Shown: piece by piece, positions 1-10,418 of the stretch
How the letters are laid out: every line of letters begins with the position of its first letter
Numbering within the stretch: position 1 is the stretch's first letter
NCBI GenBank assembly: GCA_963754315.1
Contig: CAVWFS010000013.1
Location: 160,001-224,000 of the forward strand
From: an uncultured Candidatus Rokubacteria bacterium
Lineage (GTDB): Bacteria > Methylomirabilota > Methylomirabilia > Rokubacteriales > CSP1-6
DNA: 64,000 nucleotides
Direction of reading: 5' to 3'
The notes under the pieces: generated by a model
What the model was told of the DNA's origin: nothing
What the model saw: only the letters and a program-made list of their open reading frames with translations
The model's database searches: none
Translations under genes and position numbers: made by a program

Positions 1-1
1 T

Positions 2-139
2 CCCGCTCTCAGCGTTCCCTGCGGCCTGGTCGACGGGCTCCCCGTCGGGCTGATGCTGATCGGCAAGCACTACGACGAGGCGACCATCTATCGCGCCGCC
101 CATGCGTTCGAGCGCAGCGGAGACTGGCGGAAAATGTAG
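2..139 (+). CDS. Amidase-signature family protein, C-terminal end (5' truncated by the window)
   Basis: Frame 2 reads [46 protein letters not shown]-x-x-S-x-P and GLPVGL are typical of amidase C-termini; TAG at 137-139. Confidence 0.85.
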   Translation, partial: PALSVPCGLVDGLPVGLMLIGKHYDEATIYRAAHAFERSGDWRKM

Positions 140-253
140 GAGTCTCGGCGTTCGATGTGGTTGAGGTGAAAGCGATAGCGATGAGCTACGAACACCTGCA
201 AAACACCCTCAAGGCGCACGGGGTAACGCTTCCGTGAAGCGTCGGTAAGTTTC

Positions 254-3200
254 GTGGCGGCGGAACGGCAGCTGATCTTCGCGCCCTTTCGCCTCGACGT
301 CACGGACCAGCGTCTGTGGCGGGGTGCCGAGGCCATCCCTCTCACGCCCAAGGTGTTTGCCGTCCTCCACTACCTCGTCCGGCATGCCGGGCGCCTGGTG
401 ACGAAAGACGAGCTGCTCGACGCCGTCTGGCCGGGTGTTCATGTCAGCGACGCAGTCTTGAAGGTCTGCATCAGCGCGATCCGGCAGGCGCTTGGCGACC
501 AGGTGCGCGTCCCGCAGTTCGTCGAGACCCGCCACCGACGAGGATACTGCTTCCTCGGCGCGGTCACCGAAGTGGCCAGCGTGCCCTCAGCGGAGAGCGG
601 GCAGGCCACCTCGTCGGAAGCTGACACCGGAGCCGAGGATCTCGGTCTCTTGACCGGTGGGAGCGCGCCGGTACCGCTCGTCGGACGCGGCGATTCGCTC
701 AGCCAGTTGCAGGCGTGGTGGCACGACGCATGTTGCGGGCGGCGGCGTGTCGTGTTTCTCACCGGCGAGGCCGGGATCGGGAAAACCGCGCTCGTCGAGG
801 CATTCGTCCGTCGCCTGGCGAGCGACGGTCGGCTGCCATGGGTCGCCCACGGTCAGTGCGTCGAGCAGTACGGCTCGGGCGAGGCCTATCTGCCCGTCCT
901 CGAGGCGCTGAGACGTCTCTGCCGCGGAGCGTCGGGCCGGACCTGGGTAGCTGGCCTCCGTCGCTACGCCCCGCTCTGGCTGGCCCAGCTTCCCGGGCTC
1001 CTGGAGCCGGCGGAGCGCGCGGATCTCCAGCGGGAGCTGGCCGGGGCGACGAGCGAGCGAATGCTTCGCGAGATGGCCGAGGCCCTGGAGACGCTGACTG
1101 CGGAGCGGCGTCTCATACTGGTCTTGGAAGACCTCCACTGGAGCGATCACGCGACCCTGGATCTCATCGTCCGGCTGGCCCACCGTCCAGAGGCAGCGCA
1201 GCTGCTCGTGGTGGCTACCTGTCGATCTGTCAAGGCGCTCGTCAACGAGCATCCCCTGCAGCGGGTCAAGGAAGAGCTGGCGATTCACGGCCAGTGCGAA
1301 GAGCTCGTGCTCGGGCCGCTGTCCGAGGAGGCGGTCGCCGAGTATGTGGAAGCGCGGTTTCAGGCCAGCAGCCTTCCGCGCGGCCTGGCGACGGTGCTCC
1401 ACGAGCGCACCGACGGCAATCCACTCTTCATGGTCACCGTGGTCGATGACTGGATCGGACGCGGATTTCTCCAGGAAGAAGACGGCCACTGGACCCTGAC
1501 GGCGGACCTCGAGCAGATAGGAGTCGCCGTGCCGGAGGGGATCCGGCGACTGCTCGATGAGCAGATCGCACAGCTGGAGGCGCCGGCGCAGCAGACTCTG
1601 GAGGCGGCGGCGATCGCTGGGATGAGGTTCTCCGCCGCTGCGGTCGCGGCGGCGCTTGACGAGGACCTCGTCCCTGTCGAGGGCCGTTGCGACGATCTGG
1701 CCCGATGCCAGACCTTTTTGCGGCGGACAGGGGTGGTCGAGTGGCCGGACAGGACGATGGCGGAGGGCTACGAGTTCCGGCACTGGCTCCACCAAAGAGC
1801 CTGGTACGAGCGGGCGGGGCCGGCGCGACGTGTCGAGCTGCACCGGCGGATCGGTGAGCGCATCGAGGCGGCGCACGGTGACAGCTCGCCCGAAGTGGCT
1901 GCGGAGCTGGCGATGCACTTCGATCGCGGGCGCGACATCGGGAAGGCTGTTCGCTATCTGACCCAGGCCGCGCGCACTGCAAGACGTCGTCACGGCACCC
2001 GGGAGCTCGTCAGCCAGGTGCGTCACGCGCTTGCCCTGCTCGAGACGCTCCCCGACTCGACCGAGCGTGCGCGGCAGGAGGCAGAACTGTGGACCATGCT
2101 GGGGGCGACCCTGCTCATGACGCGGGGCTACGGGTCCCCGGACGTAGAGGAGGCCTACGTCCGCGCCCACGCGCTGTGCGACCGGGTCGGGGACAGCTCG
2201 CAGCTCTTTTTCGTTCTCGCCGGACTCAGAGTCAACCATCTCTTTCAGGAGGGGCTCCAGAGCTCCCGCGACCTCGCCGAGAAGCTCCTCGACCTGGCGA
2301 CGCGCTCAGGCGACTCGGGCCAGCTGGCGCTGGCGCATCTGTCCCTCGGGACGACCCTCTACTGGCTCGGCGAGCTTGGCCCCGCCCGAGCGAACATCGA
2401 GCGGGCTGTCGCCTTGAGCGACTCGGCGCGGCTCGGCGAGGTCGCGTACCGCTATCATCAAGAGCCGGGTGTGGTGGGTATCTGCCACCTGGCGTGGATT
2501 CTTTGGGTCCTCGGGTATCCCGACCAGGCGCTCCAGCACGCTTACGACGCGATAGCGCGAGCCGACAGCCTCTCGCACCCGCCGAGCCGTCTGTACGCGC
2601 TGTTCGCGGTCGCCATGCTCCATCGGCTTCGCCGCGAGGCGCCCGCCTGCCAGGGGCGGGCGGAGGCCCTCATCGCCTTCGCAAAGGCGCAGGGATTCGC
2701 CCCCTGGATGGCGTGGGGCACGATTGTGCGCGGCTGGGCACTGGCTGAACAAGGGCACGAGGCCGAGGGGATTGCGCAGCTCGACGAGGGGCTTGCCGCG
2801 CTGCGCGCCACCGGCGCCGAACGCGTGCGGCCGAGTGCTCTGACCTTGATTGGCGAGGTACAGGCTCGGGCCGGTCGAGTCGACGACGCGCGCAATTCGA
2901 TCGAGACAGCGCTTGCTGCTGGTGTCCGAACCGGCGAACGAGTCTTCGAGCCCGAGCGTCACCGCCTGCGAGGTACGCTGATCCTCGGCCAGGTCGAGCG
3001 GGCCAACCGCTCAGAGCAGCCGCAGGCGATCGCCGAAGCGGAAGGCTGCTTTCAGAAGGCGATCGAGGTCGCCCAAGCCCTTGGCGCCCGATCGTGGGAG
3101 CTCCGGGCGGCGACCGATCTCGCCCGGCTCTGGTCCGGTCAGGGTCGAGGCCCGGAGGCCGCGCGGCTGCTCACAGAATGTCGTCGCTGGTTCACCGAGG

Positions 3201-3319
3201 GGCTCGCCACTGCCGACGTGCTGGGCGCCGACCGTTTGCTCGACGAGCTCAGCCACGCGTCGCGGGAGACAAGCGTCCGAAGGCAACCGCCTCGGCGGCC
3301 CAGGCTCGGTCCAACCTAG
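254..3319 (+). CDS. Large transcriptional regulator: OmpR/PhoB-type winged helix + AAA/STAND-like ATPase + TPR-like helical sensor
   Basis: N-terminal LTPKVFAVLHYL...LVTKDELLDAVW...IRQALGD...ETRHRRGY; Walker A GEAGIGKT; Walker B LVLEDLHW; GNPLF; C-terminal SWELRAATDLARL. Confidence 0.9.
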   Translation: MAAERQLIFAPFRLDVTDQRLWRGAEAIPLTPKVFAVLHYLVRHAGRLVTKDELLDAVWPGVHVSDAVLKVCISAIRQALGDQVRVPQFVETRHRRGYCFLGAVTEVASVPSAESGQATSSEADTGAEDLGLLTGGSAPVPLVGRGDSLSQLQAWWHDACCGRRRVVFLTGEAGIGKTALVEAFVRRLASDGRLPWVAHGQCVEQYGSGEAYLPVLEALRRLCRGASGRTWVAGLRRYAPLWLAQLPGLLEPAERADLQRELAGATSERMLREMAEALETLTAERRLILVLEDLHWSDHATLDLIVRLAHRPEAAQLLVVATCRSVKALVNEHPLQRVKEELAIHGQCEELVLGPLSEEAVAEYVEARFQASSLPRGLATVLHERTDGNPLFMVTVVDDWIGRGFLQEEDGHWTLTADLEQIGVAVPEGIRRLLDEQIAQLEAPAQQTLEAAAIAGMRFSAAAVAAALDEDLVPVEGRCDDLARCQTFLRRTGVVEWPDRTMAEGYEFRHWLHQRAWYERAGPARRVELHRRIGERIEAAHGDSSPEVAAELAMHFDRGRDIGKAVRYLTQAARTARRRHGTRELVSQVRHALALLETLPDSTERARQEAELWTMLGATLLMTRGYGSPDVEEAYVRAHALCDRVGDSSQLFFVLAGLRVNHLFQEGLQSSRDLAEKLLDLATRSGDSGQLALAHLSLGTTLYWLGELGPARANIERAVALSDSARLGEVAYRYHQEPGVVGICHLAWILWVLGYPDQALQHAYDAIARADSLSHPPSRLYALFAVAMLHRLRREAPACQGRAEALIAFAKAQGFAPWMAWGTIVRGWALAEQGHEAEGIAQLDEGLAALRATGAERVRPSALTLIGEVQARAGRVDDARNSIETALAAGVRTGERVFEPERHRLRGTLILGQVERANRSEQPQAIAEAEGCFQKAIEVAQALGARSWELRAATDLARLWSGQGRGPEAARLLTECRRWFTEGLATADVLGADRLLDELSHASRETSVRRQPPRRPRLGPT

Positions 3320-3350
3320 GCCCGGATCCGCCGATCACCGGGAAGGTTAA

Positions 3351-3388
3351 TTGACGGAACAATTCAAGGACTGTATAGTTAAACTGTC
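3351..3388 (+). promoter_or_regulatory. Sigma70-type promoter with probable overlapping MarR operator
   Basis: TTGACG (3351-3356), 17 bp spacer, TATAGT (3374-3379); imperfect palindrome ATAGTT-A-AACTGT over the -10; ATG at 3389 is only 9 nt downstream of the -10. Confidence 0.75.
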
Positions 3389-3856
3389 ATGTCCACCGAG
3401 CATGACCTTCACGCGCGCGCCGCGGAGGCTCAGCGGCTCGTTGACCTCCTGAATGCCCTCGGCAGCACGACGTTCCGGCAACTGCTGTGGCAGCGCGCGT
3501 CGGAGCTGGATCTCACCTACGCGCAGTCGCAGGTACTCTTCTACGTTGCCGACCACCCCGCCTGTCACATGGGAGACGTGGCGAAGGCCTTCCGCGTCAC
3601 CTTGCCGGCCGTGACTCACATCATCGACCGGCTCGAGCAAAAGCAACTCGCGGTCCGCGGCGATCACCCGGCCGACCGCCGAGTGTATCTCCTCGAGGTG
3701 ACGCCTCAGGGCAAGGCGCTGGTGGACGAACTGCGCGCCATGCAGCTCCGAAGCGTGGAAGAAGTCTTGACCCGCATGTCGGCGGGAGACCGCGGCCGAG
3801 TCGTCAAGGGCCTCCAGGCCCTCGTGGACGCGGCCGAAGGCTTGGCCAAGCCGTGA
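3389..3856 (+). CDS. MarR family transcriptional regulator
   Basis: LTYAQSQVLFYV...VAKAFRVTLPAVTHIIDRLEQKQL...DRRVYLLEVTPQG; first gene of the efflux operon. Confidence 0.92.
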   Translation: MSTEHDLHARAAEAQRLVDLLNALGSTTFRQLLWQRASELDLTYAQSQVLFYVADHPACHMGDVAKAFRVTLPAVTHIIDRLEQKQLAVRGDHPADRRVYLLEVTPQGKALVDELRAMQLRSVEEVLTRMSAGDRGRVVKGLQALVDAAEGLAKP

Positions 3857-5133
3857 AACGTATGCTGGGCGCTCTCGGATTCCTCGGCGCGGTGTTGTGC
3901 GCGGCCGGATGCTCGGACCGCCCCGGCAGCGCACAAACGCCTCCGGCACCTGCCCCCGCCGTGCCCGTGGGCGTGGCCACGGCCGAGCGCAAGCCCGTGC
4001 CGGTCACGGTGACCGCGGTCGGCAACGTGCAGGCGTACACGACGGTGAGCGTCAAGGCGCAGATCGCCGGTCAGATCATGCAGGTGCACTTCAAGGAAGG
4101 GAACGAGGTCGCGCGCGGAGATCTACTCTTCACGATCGATCAGCGGCCTCTGCAGGCGTCGGTCCGCCAGATGGAGGCCAATGTGGCCAAGGACCGCGCA
4201 CAGGTCCGCCAGATGGAGGCCTCGGTCGCCCAGAAGCAGGCAGAGGTCACGCAAGCGCTGGCGAACGTCGAGCGCGACCTCGCGCAGCTGGACAACGCGC
4301 GCGTCCAGGAAGAGCGCTATCGCGAGCTCAACCGCCGTGAGCTCATCGCGCGCGAGCAGTACGACCAGATTCGCACGAATTTCTCCGCGCTCCAGGCGAC
4401 CGTCCAGGCGGATCGGGCGGCGGTCGAGAATGCCAAGGCGTCCGCCCGCGCCGCGGAGGCGATGGTGGAAAACGCCCAGGCCGGCATCGCCGCCAACGAG
4501 GCGATGCTGGACACGGCCCGCCTCCAGCTCGCGTACACGACGATCCGCGCCCCCATGGACGGGCGGACCGGCAACCTCCTGGTGCAGCCGGGCAACGTGG
4601 TCAAGGGCAACGACGACTCGCCGCTGGTCGTCATCGCCCAGGTCCGGCCGATCTACGTGTCATTCTCGGTGCCGGAACAGCACCTCAACGACATCAAGCG
4701 CTTCCTGGCGCAGGGCAAGGTGCCGGTCGAGGTCACCCTCGACGGCGGCCGCCGGCGAGCGGTCGGCGTGCTGACCTTCGTGAACAACACCGTCGATCCC
4801 AGCACCGGAACTATCCAGCTCAAGGCGACATTCCCCAACGAGGACAACGCCCTGTGGCCGGGGCAGTTCGTCGACGTCGTGCTCACCCTCACGACGGAGC
4901 AGGCCGTGGTCGTCCCCGCCCAGGCGGTCCAGGCCGGACAGAAGGGTGCGTTCGTCTTCGTGGTCAAACCCGATCTCACCGTCGAGTCGCGCCCGGTCAC
5001 GGTCGGCCGTCGCCTGGGCGGCGAGCTGGTGCTCCAGCAGGGGCTGGTGGGCGGCGAGCGGATCGTGACCGACGGGCACCTCCGCCTGATCCCGGGGGCC
5101 AAGGTCGAGATCAAGGCGCCCAAGACGTCGTGA
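3853..5133 (+). CDS. RND efflux periplasmic adaptor (MdtA-like lipoprotein)
   Basis: GTG start overlaps the MarR stop (GTGA); lipobox CAAGC; TIRAPMDGRTG; NTVDPSTGTIQLKA; LWPGQFV. Confidence 0.9.
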   Translation: MKRMLGALGFLGAVLCAAGCSDRPGSAQTPPAPAPAVPVGVATAERKPVPVTVTAVGNVQAYTTVSVKAQIAGQIMQVHFKEGNEVARGDLLFTIDQRPLQASVRQMEANVAKDRAQVRQMEASVAQKQAEVTQALANVERDLAQLDNARVQEERYRELNRRELIAREQYDQIRTNFSALQATVQADRAAVENAKASARAAEAMVENAQAGIAANEAMLDTARLQLAYTTIRAPMDGRTGNLLVQPGNVVKGNDDSPLVVIAQVRPIYVSFSVPEQHLNDIKRFLAQGKVPVEVTLDGGRRRAVGVLTFVNNTVDPSTGTIQLKATFPNEDNALWPGQFVDVVLTLTTEQAVVVPAQAVQAGQKGAFVFVVKPDLTVESRPVTVGRRLGGELVLQQGLVGGERIVTDGHLRLIPGAKVEIKAPKTS

Positions 5134-8100
5134 ACACCGAGCTCTTCATCCGCCGGCCGGTCCTGACTACCTTGCTCATGGCGGCCATCGTCATCTTCGG
5201 TGTGATGGCCTATCAGAAGCTGCCGGTCAACGACCTCCCCAACGTCGACTTCCCGACGATCCAGGTCATCGCCAACCTGCCCGGGGCCAGCCCCGAGACG
5301 ATGGCTTCGGCGGTGGCCACCCCCCTCGAGCGGCAGTTCTCGACCATTGCCGGCATCGACTCGATGACGTCCACGAGCGCCCTCGGCGTGACGAACATCA
5401 CGATCCAGTTCGTCCTCGAGCGCAACATCGACGCCGCCGGCCAGGACGTGCAGGCGGCCATCGCCAAGACCGCGCCCCTGCTGCCGCCGAGCATGCCGAC
5501 CCCGCCCATCTACCAGAAGGTCAACCCGGCCGACCAGCCCGTTCTCTACATGGCGCTCAGCTCGCCGACCTTGCCCCTCTACACGGTCGACGAGTATGCC
5601 CAGACGTTCCTGGCGCAACGGATCTCGACGATCACCGGCGTCGCCCAGGTGACGATCTTCGGGTCCCAGAAATACGCCGTGCGGGTTCAGGTGGACCCGC
5701 GTGCGCTCGCCGCACGGGGCATCGGTCTCGACGAGGTGGAGGCGGCCATCGCCCGCGCGAACGTCAACAAGCCGACCGGCACGCTCTCCGGGCCCCACCA
5801 GGCAGTCAACGTGCAGGCCACCGGTCAGCTCCTGGACGCCGCCGCCTATCGGCCGCTGATTGTCGCCTACCGTAACGGCTCCCCCGTACGGCTGGAGGAG
5901 GTCGGCAAGGTCATCGACGGCGTGCAAACCGACAAGGTGGCCGGCTGGTTCAACGATGAGCGCGCGGTCGTGCTGGCCGTCCAGCGGCAGCCGGGGACGA
6001 ACACGATCGAGGTCGTCGACGCGATCCGGAAGCTCCTGCCGGTCTTCCGCCAGCAGCTTCCAGCTTCGGTCAACCTGAACGTCGTCTACGACCGGTCGCT
6101 CGCCATCCGGGAGTCGGTCCACGACGTCCAGTTCACCTTGCTGCTGACGATTGCCCTGGTCGTCATGGTGATCTTCCTGTTTCTGCGTAATCTGTCGGCG
6201 ACGATCATCCCCAGCCTCGCTGTCCCGCTGTCGATCGTGGGGACCTTCGCCGTCATGTACGCGTTCGGCTACACCATCGACATCATCTCGCTCATGGCGC
6301 TCACCCTGTGCGTCGGATTCGTGGTCGACGACGCCGTGGTCATGCTCGAGAACATCGTGCGCCACATGGAGGCGGGCGAGGACCGCATGACGGCAGCCCT
6401 CAAGGGCGCCCGCGAGATCGGCTTCACGATCCTGTCGATGACCCTGTCCCTGGCCGCCGTCTTCATCCCGGTGCTCTTCATGCGGGGGGTGGTGGGCCGG
6501 TTGCTCCACGAGTTCGCCGTCACCATCGGCGCCGCCGTCCTCGTGTCAGGCCTGGTGTCGCTGACCTTGACCCCGATGCTGTGCAGCCGGTTCCTGCGCC
6601 CGCCGCACGCGAGCCACAGCCGTCTGTACCGGGTTTCCGAGCGCTTCTTCGACGGAATGCTGCACGTGTACGATGTGACCCTCACGTGGGTGCTCCGCCA
6701 TCGGCGGACGACGATGGTGGCCCTCCTGCTCACCTTCGTCCTCACCGCCTACCTGTTCGCCATCATCCCCAAGGGGTTCATCCCGAACGAGGACAACGGG
6801 ACGATGTTCGCGTTCACGGAGACGGCGCAGGACATCTCGTTCGACGCCATGGTGGAGAAGCAGCGCGCGGTGGCCGCGGTGGTGCGTCAGGACCCCTCCG
6901 TCCAGCAGCTCATGTCGTTCATCGGCGCCAGCGGCTCGAGCACCGTCCTCAACAACGGGCGGATGTTTGCCTTGCTGAAGCCGCGCGACGAGCGGCCGCA
7001 CGCGGAAAAGGTCATCGAAGGGCTGCGGCCCAAGCTGGCCACGGTGCCCGGCATCCGCGTCTATCCCCAGATCCTGCCCACCATCCGCATCGGCGGTCAG
7101 CTGACCAAGGCCGTCTATCAGTACTCACTGCAAGATCCGGACACGCAGGCGCTCTATTACTGGGCGCCGATCATCTACGACAAGCTCCGCCAGCTTCCCG
7201 AGCTGCAGGACGTCAACACGGACCTCCAGCTCTCGAGCCCGCAGGTGACGGTCGAGATCGATCGCAACAAGGCATCCGCCCTCGACGTCACCGTCGACCA
7301 GATCGAGAGCGCGCTGGGAGCGGCCTACGGCTCCAAGCAGGTCTCGACGATCTACACGCCGTCGAACCAGTACTGGGTGATCCTCGAAGTGGATCCCCAG
7401 TTCCAGCGGGACCCGAGCAGCCTCGGCCGACTGTACGTCCGCTCGGCCAAGGGCGCCCTGGTGCCGCTGGGCTCGCTGGCCACCATCACACCCGGCCTGG
7501 GGCCCCTCACGGTGACCCACCGGGGTCAGCTGCCTGCCGTCACCATCTCCTTCAACACGAAACCCGGCGTGTCGCTCAGCGACGCGGTTGCTCAGGTCGA
7601 CCGCGTGCAGCGCGAGCTGCGGGTGCCGGCCACGGTGAGCGGGACCTTTCAGGGCACCGCGCAGGCGTTCCAGGACTCGCTCCAGGGCCAGGGCCTCCTG
7701 CTGCTGGTGACCATTCTGGTGATCTACCTCGTGCTCGGCGTGCTGTACGAGAGCTTCATTCATCCGCTCACGATCCTGTCCGGGCTGCCCTCGGCGGGGG
7801 TGGGCGCCCTGCTGACCCTGATGCTGTTCCGCATGGAGCTGAACATCTACGGCTTCGTGGGCATGATCATGCTGGTGGGGATCGTCAAGAAGAACGCGAT
7901 CATGATGATCGACTTCGCGATCGACGCCCAGCGCAACGGCGCCACCCCGGCCGAGGCGATCTACCAGGGCTGCCTGCTGCGGTTCCGGCCCATCATGATG
8001 ACCACGATGGCCGCGCTGCTGGGCACATTGCCGATCGCCCTCGGCATCGGCGCCGGCGCCGATGCCCGTCGGTCGCTGGGGCTGGCCGTGGTGGGCGGCT

Positions 8101-8270
8101 TGCTCGTCTCGCAGCTCTTGACCCTCTACATCACCCCCGTCCTCTACCTCTATCTGGAGTCGGCGCAAAAGTACCTGGGCGAGCATGCGGTCTCGCGGAT
8201 CTTCTTCTGGCGTTCCCTGCGCGGCTCGCGGGCGCCGGCTGGCCCCGCACGCCGGGCCACCTACCCCTGA
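5130..8270 (+). CDS. RND efflux permease (MdtB/MdtC-like, AcrB family)
   Basis: GTGA overlap; FIRRPVLT; PGASPETMAS; GFVVDDAVVMLENI; GIVKKNAIMMIDFA; RFRPIMMTT. Confidence 0.95.
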   Translation: MNTELFIRRPVLTTLLMAAIVIFGVMAYQKLPVNDLPNVDFPTIQVIANLPGASPETMASAVATPLERQFSTIAGIDSMTSTSALGVTNITIQFVLERNIDAAGQDVQAAIAKTAPLLPPSMPTPPIYQKVNPADQPVLYMALSSPTLPLYTVDEYAQTFLAQRISTITGVAQVTIFGSQKYAVRVQVDPRALAARGIGLDEVEAAIARANVNKPTGTLSGPHQAVNVQATGQLLDAAAYRPLIVAYRNGSPVRLEEVGKVIDGVQTDKVAGWFNDERAVVLAVQRQPGTNTIEVVDAIRKLLPVFRQQLPASVNLNVVYDRSLAIRESVHDVQFTLLLTIALVVMVIFLFLRNLSATIIPSLAVPLSIVGTFAVMYAFGYTIDIISLMALTLCVGFVVDDAVVMLENIVRHMEAGEDRMTAALKGAREIGFTILSMTLSLAAVFIPVLFMRGVVGRLLHEFAVTIGAAVLVSGLVSLTLTPMLCSRFLRPPHASHSRLYRVSERFFDGMLHVYDVTLTWVLRHRRTTMVALLLTFVLTAYLFAIIPKGFIPNEDNGTMFAFTETAQDISFDAMVEKQRAVAAVVRQDPSVQQLMSFIGASGSSTVLNNGRMFALLKPRDERPHAEKVIEGLRPKLATVPGIRVYPQILPTIRIGGQLTKAVYQYSLQDPDTQALYYWAPIIYDKLRQLPELQDVNTDLQLSSPQVTVEIDRNKASALDVTVDQIESALGAAYGSKQVSTIYTPSNQYWVILEVDPQFQRDPSSLGRLYVRSAKGALVPLGSLATITPGLGPLTVTHRGQLPAVTISFNTKPGVSLSDAVAQVDRVQRELRVPATVSGTFQGTAQAFQDSLQGQGLLLLVTILVIYLVLGVLYESFIHPLTILSGLPSAGVGALLTLMLFRMELNIYGFVGMIMLVGIVKKNAIMMIDFAIDAQRNGATPAEAIYQGCLLRFRPIMMTTMAALLGTLPIALGIGAGADARRSLGLAVVGGLLVSQLLTLYITPVLYLYLESAQKYLGEHAVSRIFFWRSLRGSRAPAGPARRATYP

Positions 8271-8329
8271 GCCACCGACAACGCCCACGTGGGCTGGCCG
8301 CTCCTCCTGAGGCGACCGAGGCGCCTGGA

Positions 8330-8656
8330 CTAGTCGGCGACGCGGAGGCGGAAGGTCGGATCGTTCTCGGTCCCGCCGGGTTTGCCCCGCCGCCAGCCGA
8401 GCGCGCGCGCGTAGCTCCCGAACAATCCGGCGGCTTCGATCTCGGCCTCGTTCACCGCCGTCGGAGCTTCGGCATCGGGGGCGACATAGAGCGCGTCGGT
8501 CGGGCAGTAGATCTCACAGAGAAAACAGGTCTGGCAGTCGGCCTGGCGGGCGATGACCGGCACCGCGTCCGGGATGGCCTCGAAGACGTTGGCGGGACAG
8601 ACCTTGACGCAGATGTCGCAGGCGATGCAGCGGCCCGCTGAAATGATCTCGATCAT
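8330..8656 (-). CDS. 2x[4Fe-4S] ferredoxin (AsfB/AprB-like)
   Basis: MIEIISAGRCIACDICVKVCP...DCQTCFLCEIYCPTDAL, two CxxCxxCxxxCP motifs; start overlaps the stop of the flavoprotein gene. Confidence 0.9.
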   Translation of the reverse strand: MIEIISAGRCIACDICVKVCPANVFEAIPDAVPVIARQADCQTCFLCEIYCPTDALYVAPDAEAPTAVNEAEIEAAGLFGSYARALGWRRGKPGGTENDPTFRLRVAD

Positions 8657-10287
8657 GGCGCAGCCGCGATCGTCAGGCCGTCGGCGCGGGCAATCCGGAC
8701 CTCGTCCAGTCCGCTCACGTGGAGCGAGGTGGTGAAACCCGGATCCGCCTCTGGCATGTCGCGGCGGCGATGCATGCCGCGGCTTTCCGTCCGCGCCAGT
8801 GCGCTCCGATAGGCCCAGCGGCTGGTCGCAGTCAGCGCCGCCGCCTCGCGCGCCTTGACGGCGGCTAACCCATTGCTCGCCGCATGGTGCTGGAGGTCGG
8901 CCCAGCAGGCGTCGAGCCGATCCAGAGACCGACGCAACGTCCCCTCTCGGCGGAAAAAGTTGCGGTCCAGCGGCAGCATCTCCTCCCGCACGGCGCCGAT
9001 GATCTCGTGCGCGTCCAGATCCTCGCGCGCCGTCCGCGCGGGCCGCAACCCGGACTGGCCGAGCGGCGTCAGCGGACGATCCGCGATCCGGGTACCAAGT
9101 CGCGCCGCGAACATCGCCGCCGCGCGCCCCGCCCAGTTGCCCGAGGCGATGGCCCAGGAGGAATTCGGGCCGCCACCGCCGCTGATGGCACCGGTCACTC
9201 GCTCGCGGGTCGCCGCGTCGCCGGCGGCATAGAGACCGGCCACGCCGGTGGCGCAGTCGTCGTCGATGAGTCTGATCCCGCCCACGCCGCGCACCGTGCC
9301 CTCGCAGCGCAACGTCACCGGCCAGCGCTCGGTGAAGGGGTCGACCCCGCTGCGGTCGAACGGCAGAAAGCAGTTCGGCTGCCCCTGCCTCAGCCACGGT
9401 CGCAACTCGGCTGCGGCCTTGTCGTACTCGGCGAAGACCGGCCCTTCCAGCAAGGCCTCGGCCACCGCGGCGTGACGGTCAGGGGCCGCGGTGGGGATCG
9501 GCGTGCCGTCCTCCCGGGTGAAGCTCGCCCAGCGGAACGGCAAGCCCTTGTTGAGCGCGCTCGGCTTCGGGGTGAATGCGTACTGCGCCGAGAGCTCCAT
9601 CCCGGACAGCACGGCGCCGGCCTCGGCGGCCATCAGGTAACCGTCACCGGTCAGCGCGGCCGTCCCCAGCATGCGCTCGCCAAAGGCGCAGCCGCCCGTC
9701 GCCAGAACCACGGCACCGGCGCGGACCTGCCACGGCCGGTTGCGCTGGCGATCAATCCCGGCCGCACCCGCGATGGCTCCCCCGTCGCCGAGCAACTCGA
9801 GCGCCGGATGATGATCGAGAATGGTGACACCGGCCGCGAGGACGCGGCGGCGCATGAAGTGCATGTAGTCCGGACCGCGCAGATTGGCGAGATAGGGCCG
9901 GCCTTCGTCGTCATCGGGGAACGGATAACCCCAGGCGGCCAAGCAGTGGAGCTTTTCCCACGCCGTATCGAGCGTGCGCTCCACCCAGCGGGGATCGGCA
10001 AGACCGTGGGTGCGCGGCTGCCGCTGCTCGATCGCGATGCGGCGGCTCTCGCCCGGCGGCACGAACCAGGTTCCGGTATTGGAGGGCGCCGTCGCCCCGC
10101 TCGTGCCCAGATAACCCTTGTCGACCAGGATGACCTTGGCGCCTGCTTCGGACGCCGCTACCGCCGCCCAGGCACCTGCAGGCCCGCCACCGACCACCAG
10201 CACGTCCGCCACTACATCGAGGGCCCCGACATCCTGCCCGCGGATGAACCCGCGATCACTCGGCATGCGGCCCCGCCCGACCTCCAT
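8653..10287 (-). CDS. FAD-dependent oxidoreductase of the fumarate reductase/SDH flavoprotein superfamily (AsfA-like)
   Basis: DVLVVGGGPAG; VVLATGG; GDGYLMA; GLYAAGD; RTESRGMHRR; coupled to a ferredoxin; start codon uncertain. Confidence 0.85.
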   Translation of the reverse strand: MEVGRGRMPSDRGFIRGQDVGALDVVADVLVVGGGPAGAWAAVAASEAGAKVILVDKGYLGTSGATAPSNTGTWFVPPGESRRIAIEQRQPRTHGLADPRWVERTLDTAWEKLHCLAAWGYPFPDDDEGRPYLANLRGPDYMHFMRRRVLAAGVTILDHHPALELLGDGGAIAGAAGIDRQRNRPWQVRAGAVVLATGGCAFGERMLGTAALTGDGYLMAAEAGAVLSGMELSAQYAFTPKPSALNKGLPFRWASFTREDGTPIPTAAPDRHAAVAEALLEGPVFAEYDKAAAELRPWLRQGQPNCFLPFDRSGVDPFTERWPVTLRCEGTVRGVGGIRLIDDDCATGVAGLYAAGDAATRERVTGAISGGGGPNSSWAIASGNWAGRAAAMFAARLGTRIADRPLTPLGQSGLRPARTAREDLDAHEIIGAVREEMLPLDRNFFRREGTLRRSLDRLDACWADLQHHAASNGLAAVKAREAAALTATSRWAYRSALARTESRGMHRRRDMPEADPGFTTSLHVSGLDEVRIARADGLTIAAAP

Positions 10288-10418
10288 TGCACGGCGGCCG
10301 AACTGCGCCGCGATCGATGTCCATCACCAGCCCGCTCCCTGGCAGCACGATTGGACGCTACTGCACCGCGTTCTCAGCGCGGTGCTCATTATGAGTCATT
10401 GGCAATGGTTGTTCTAGC

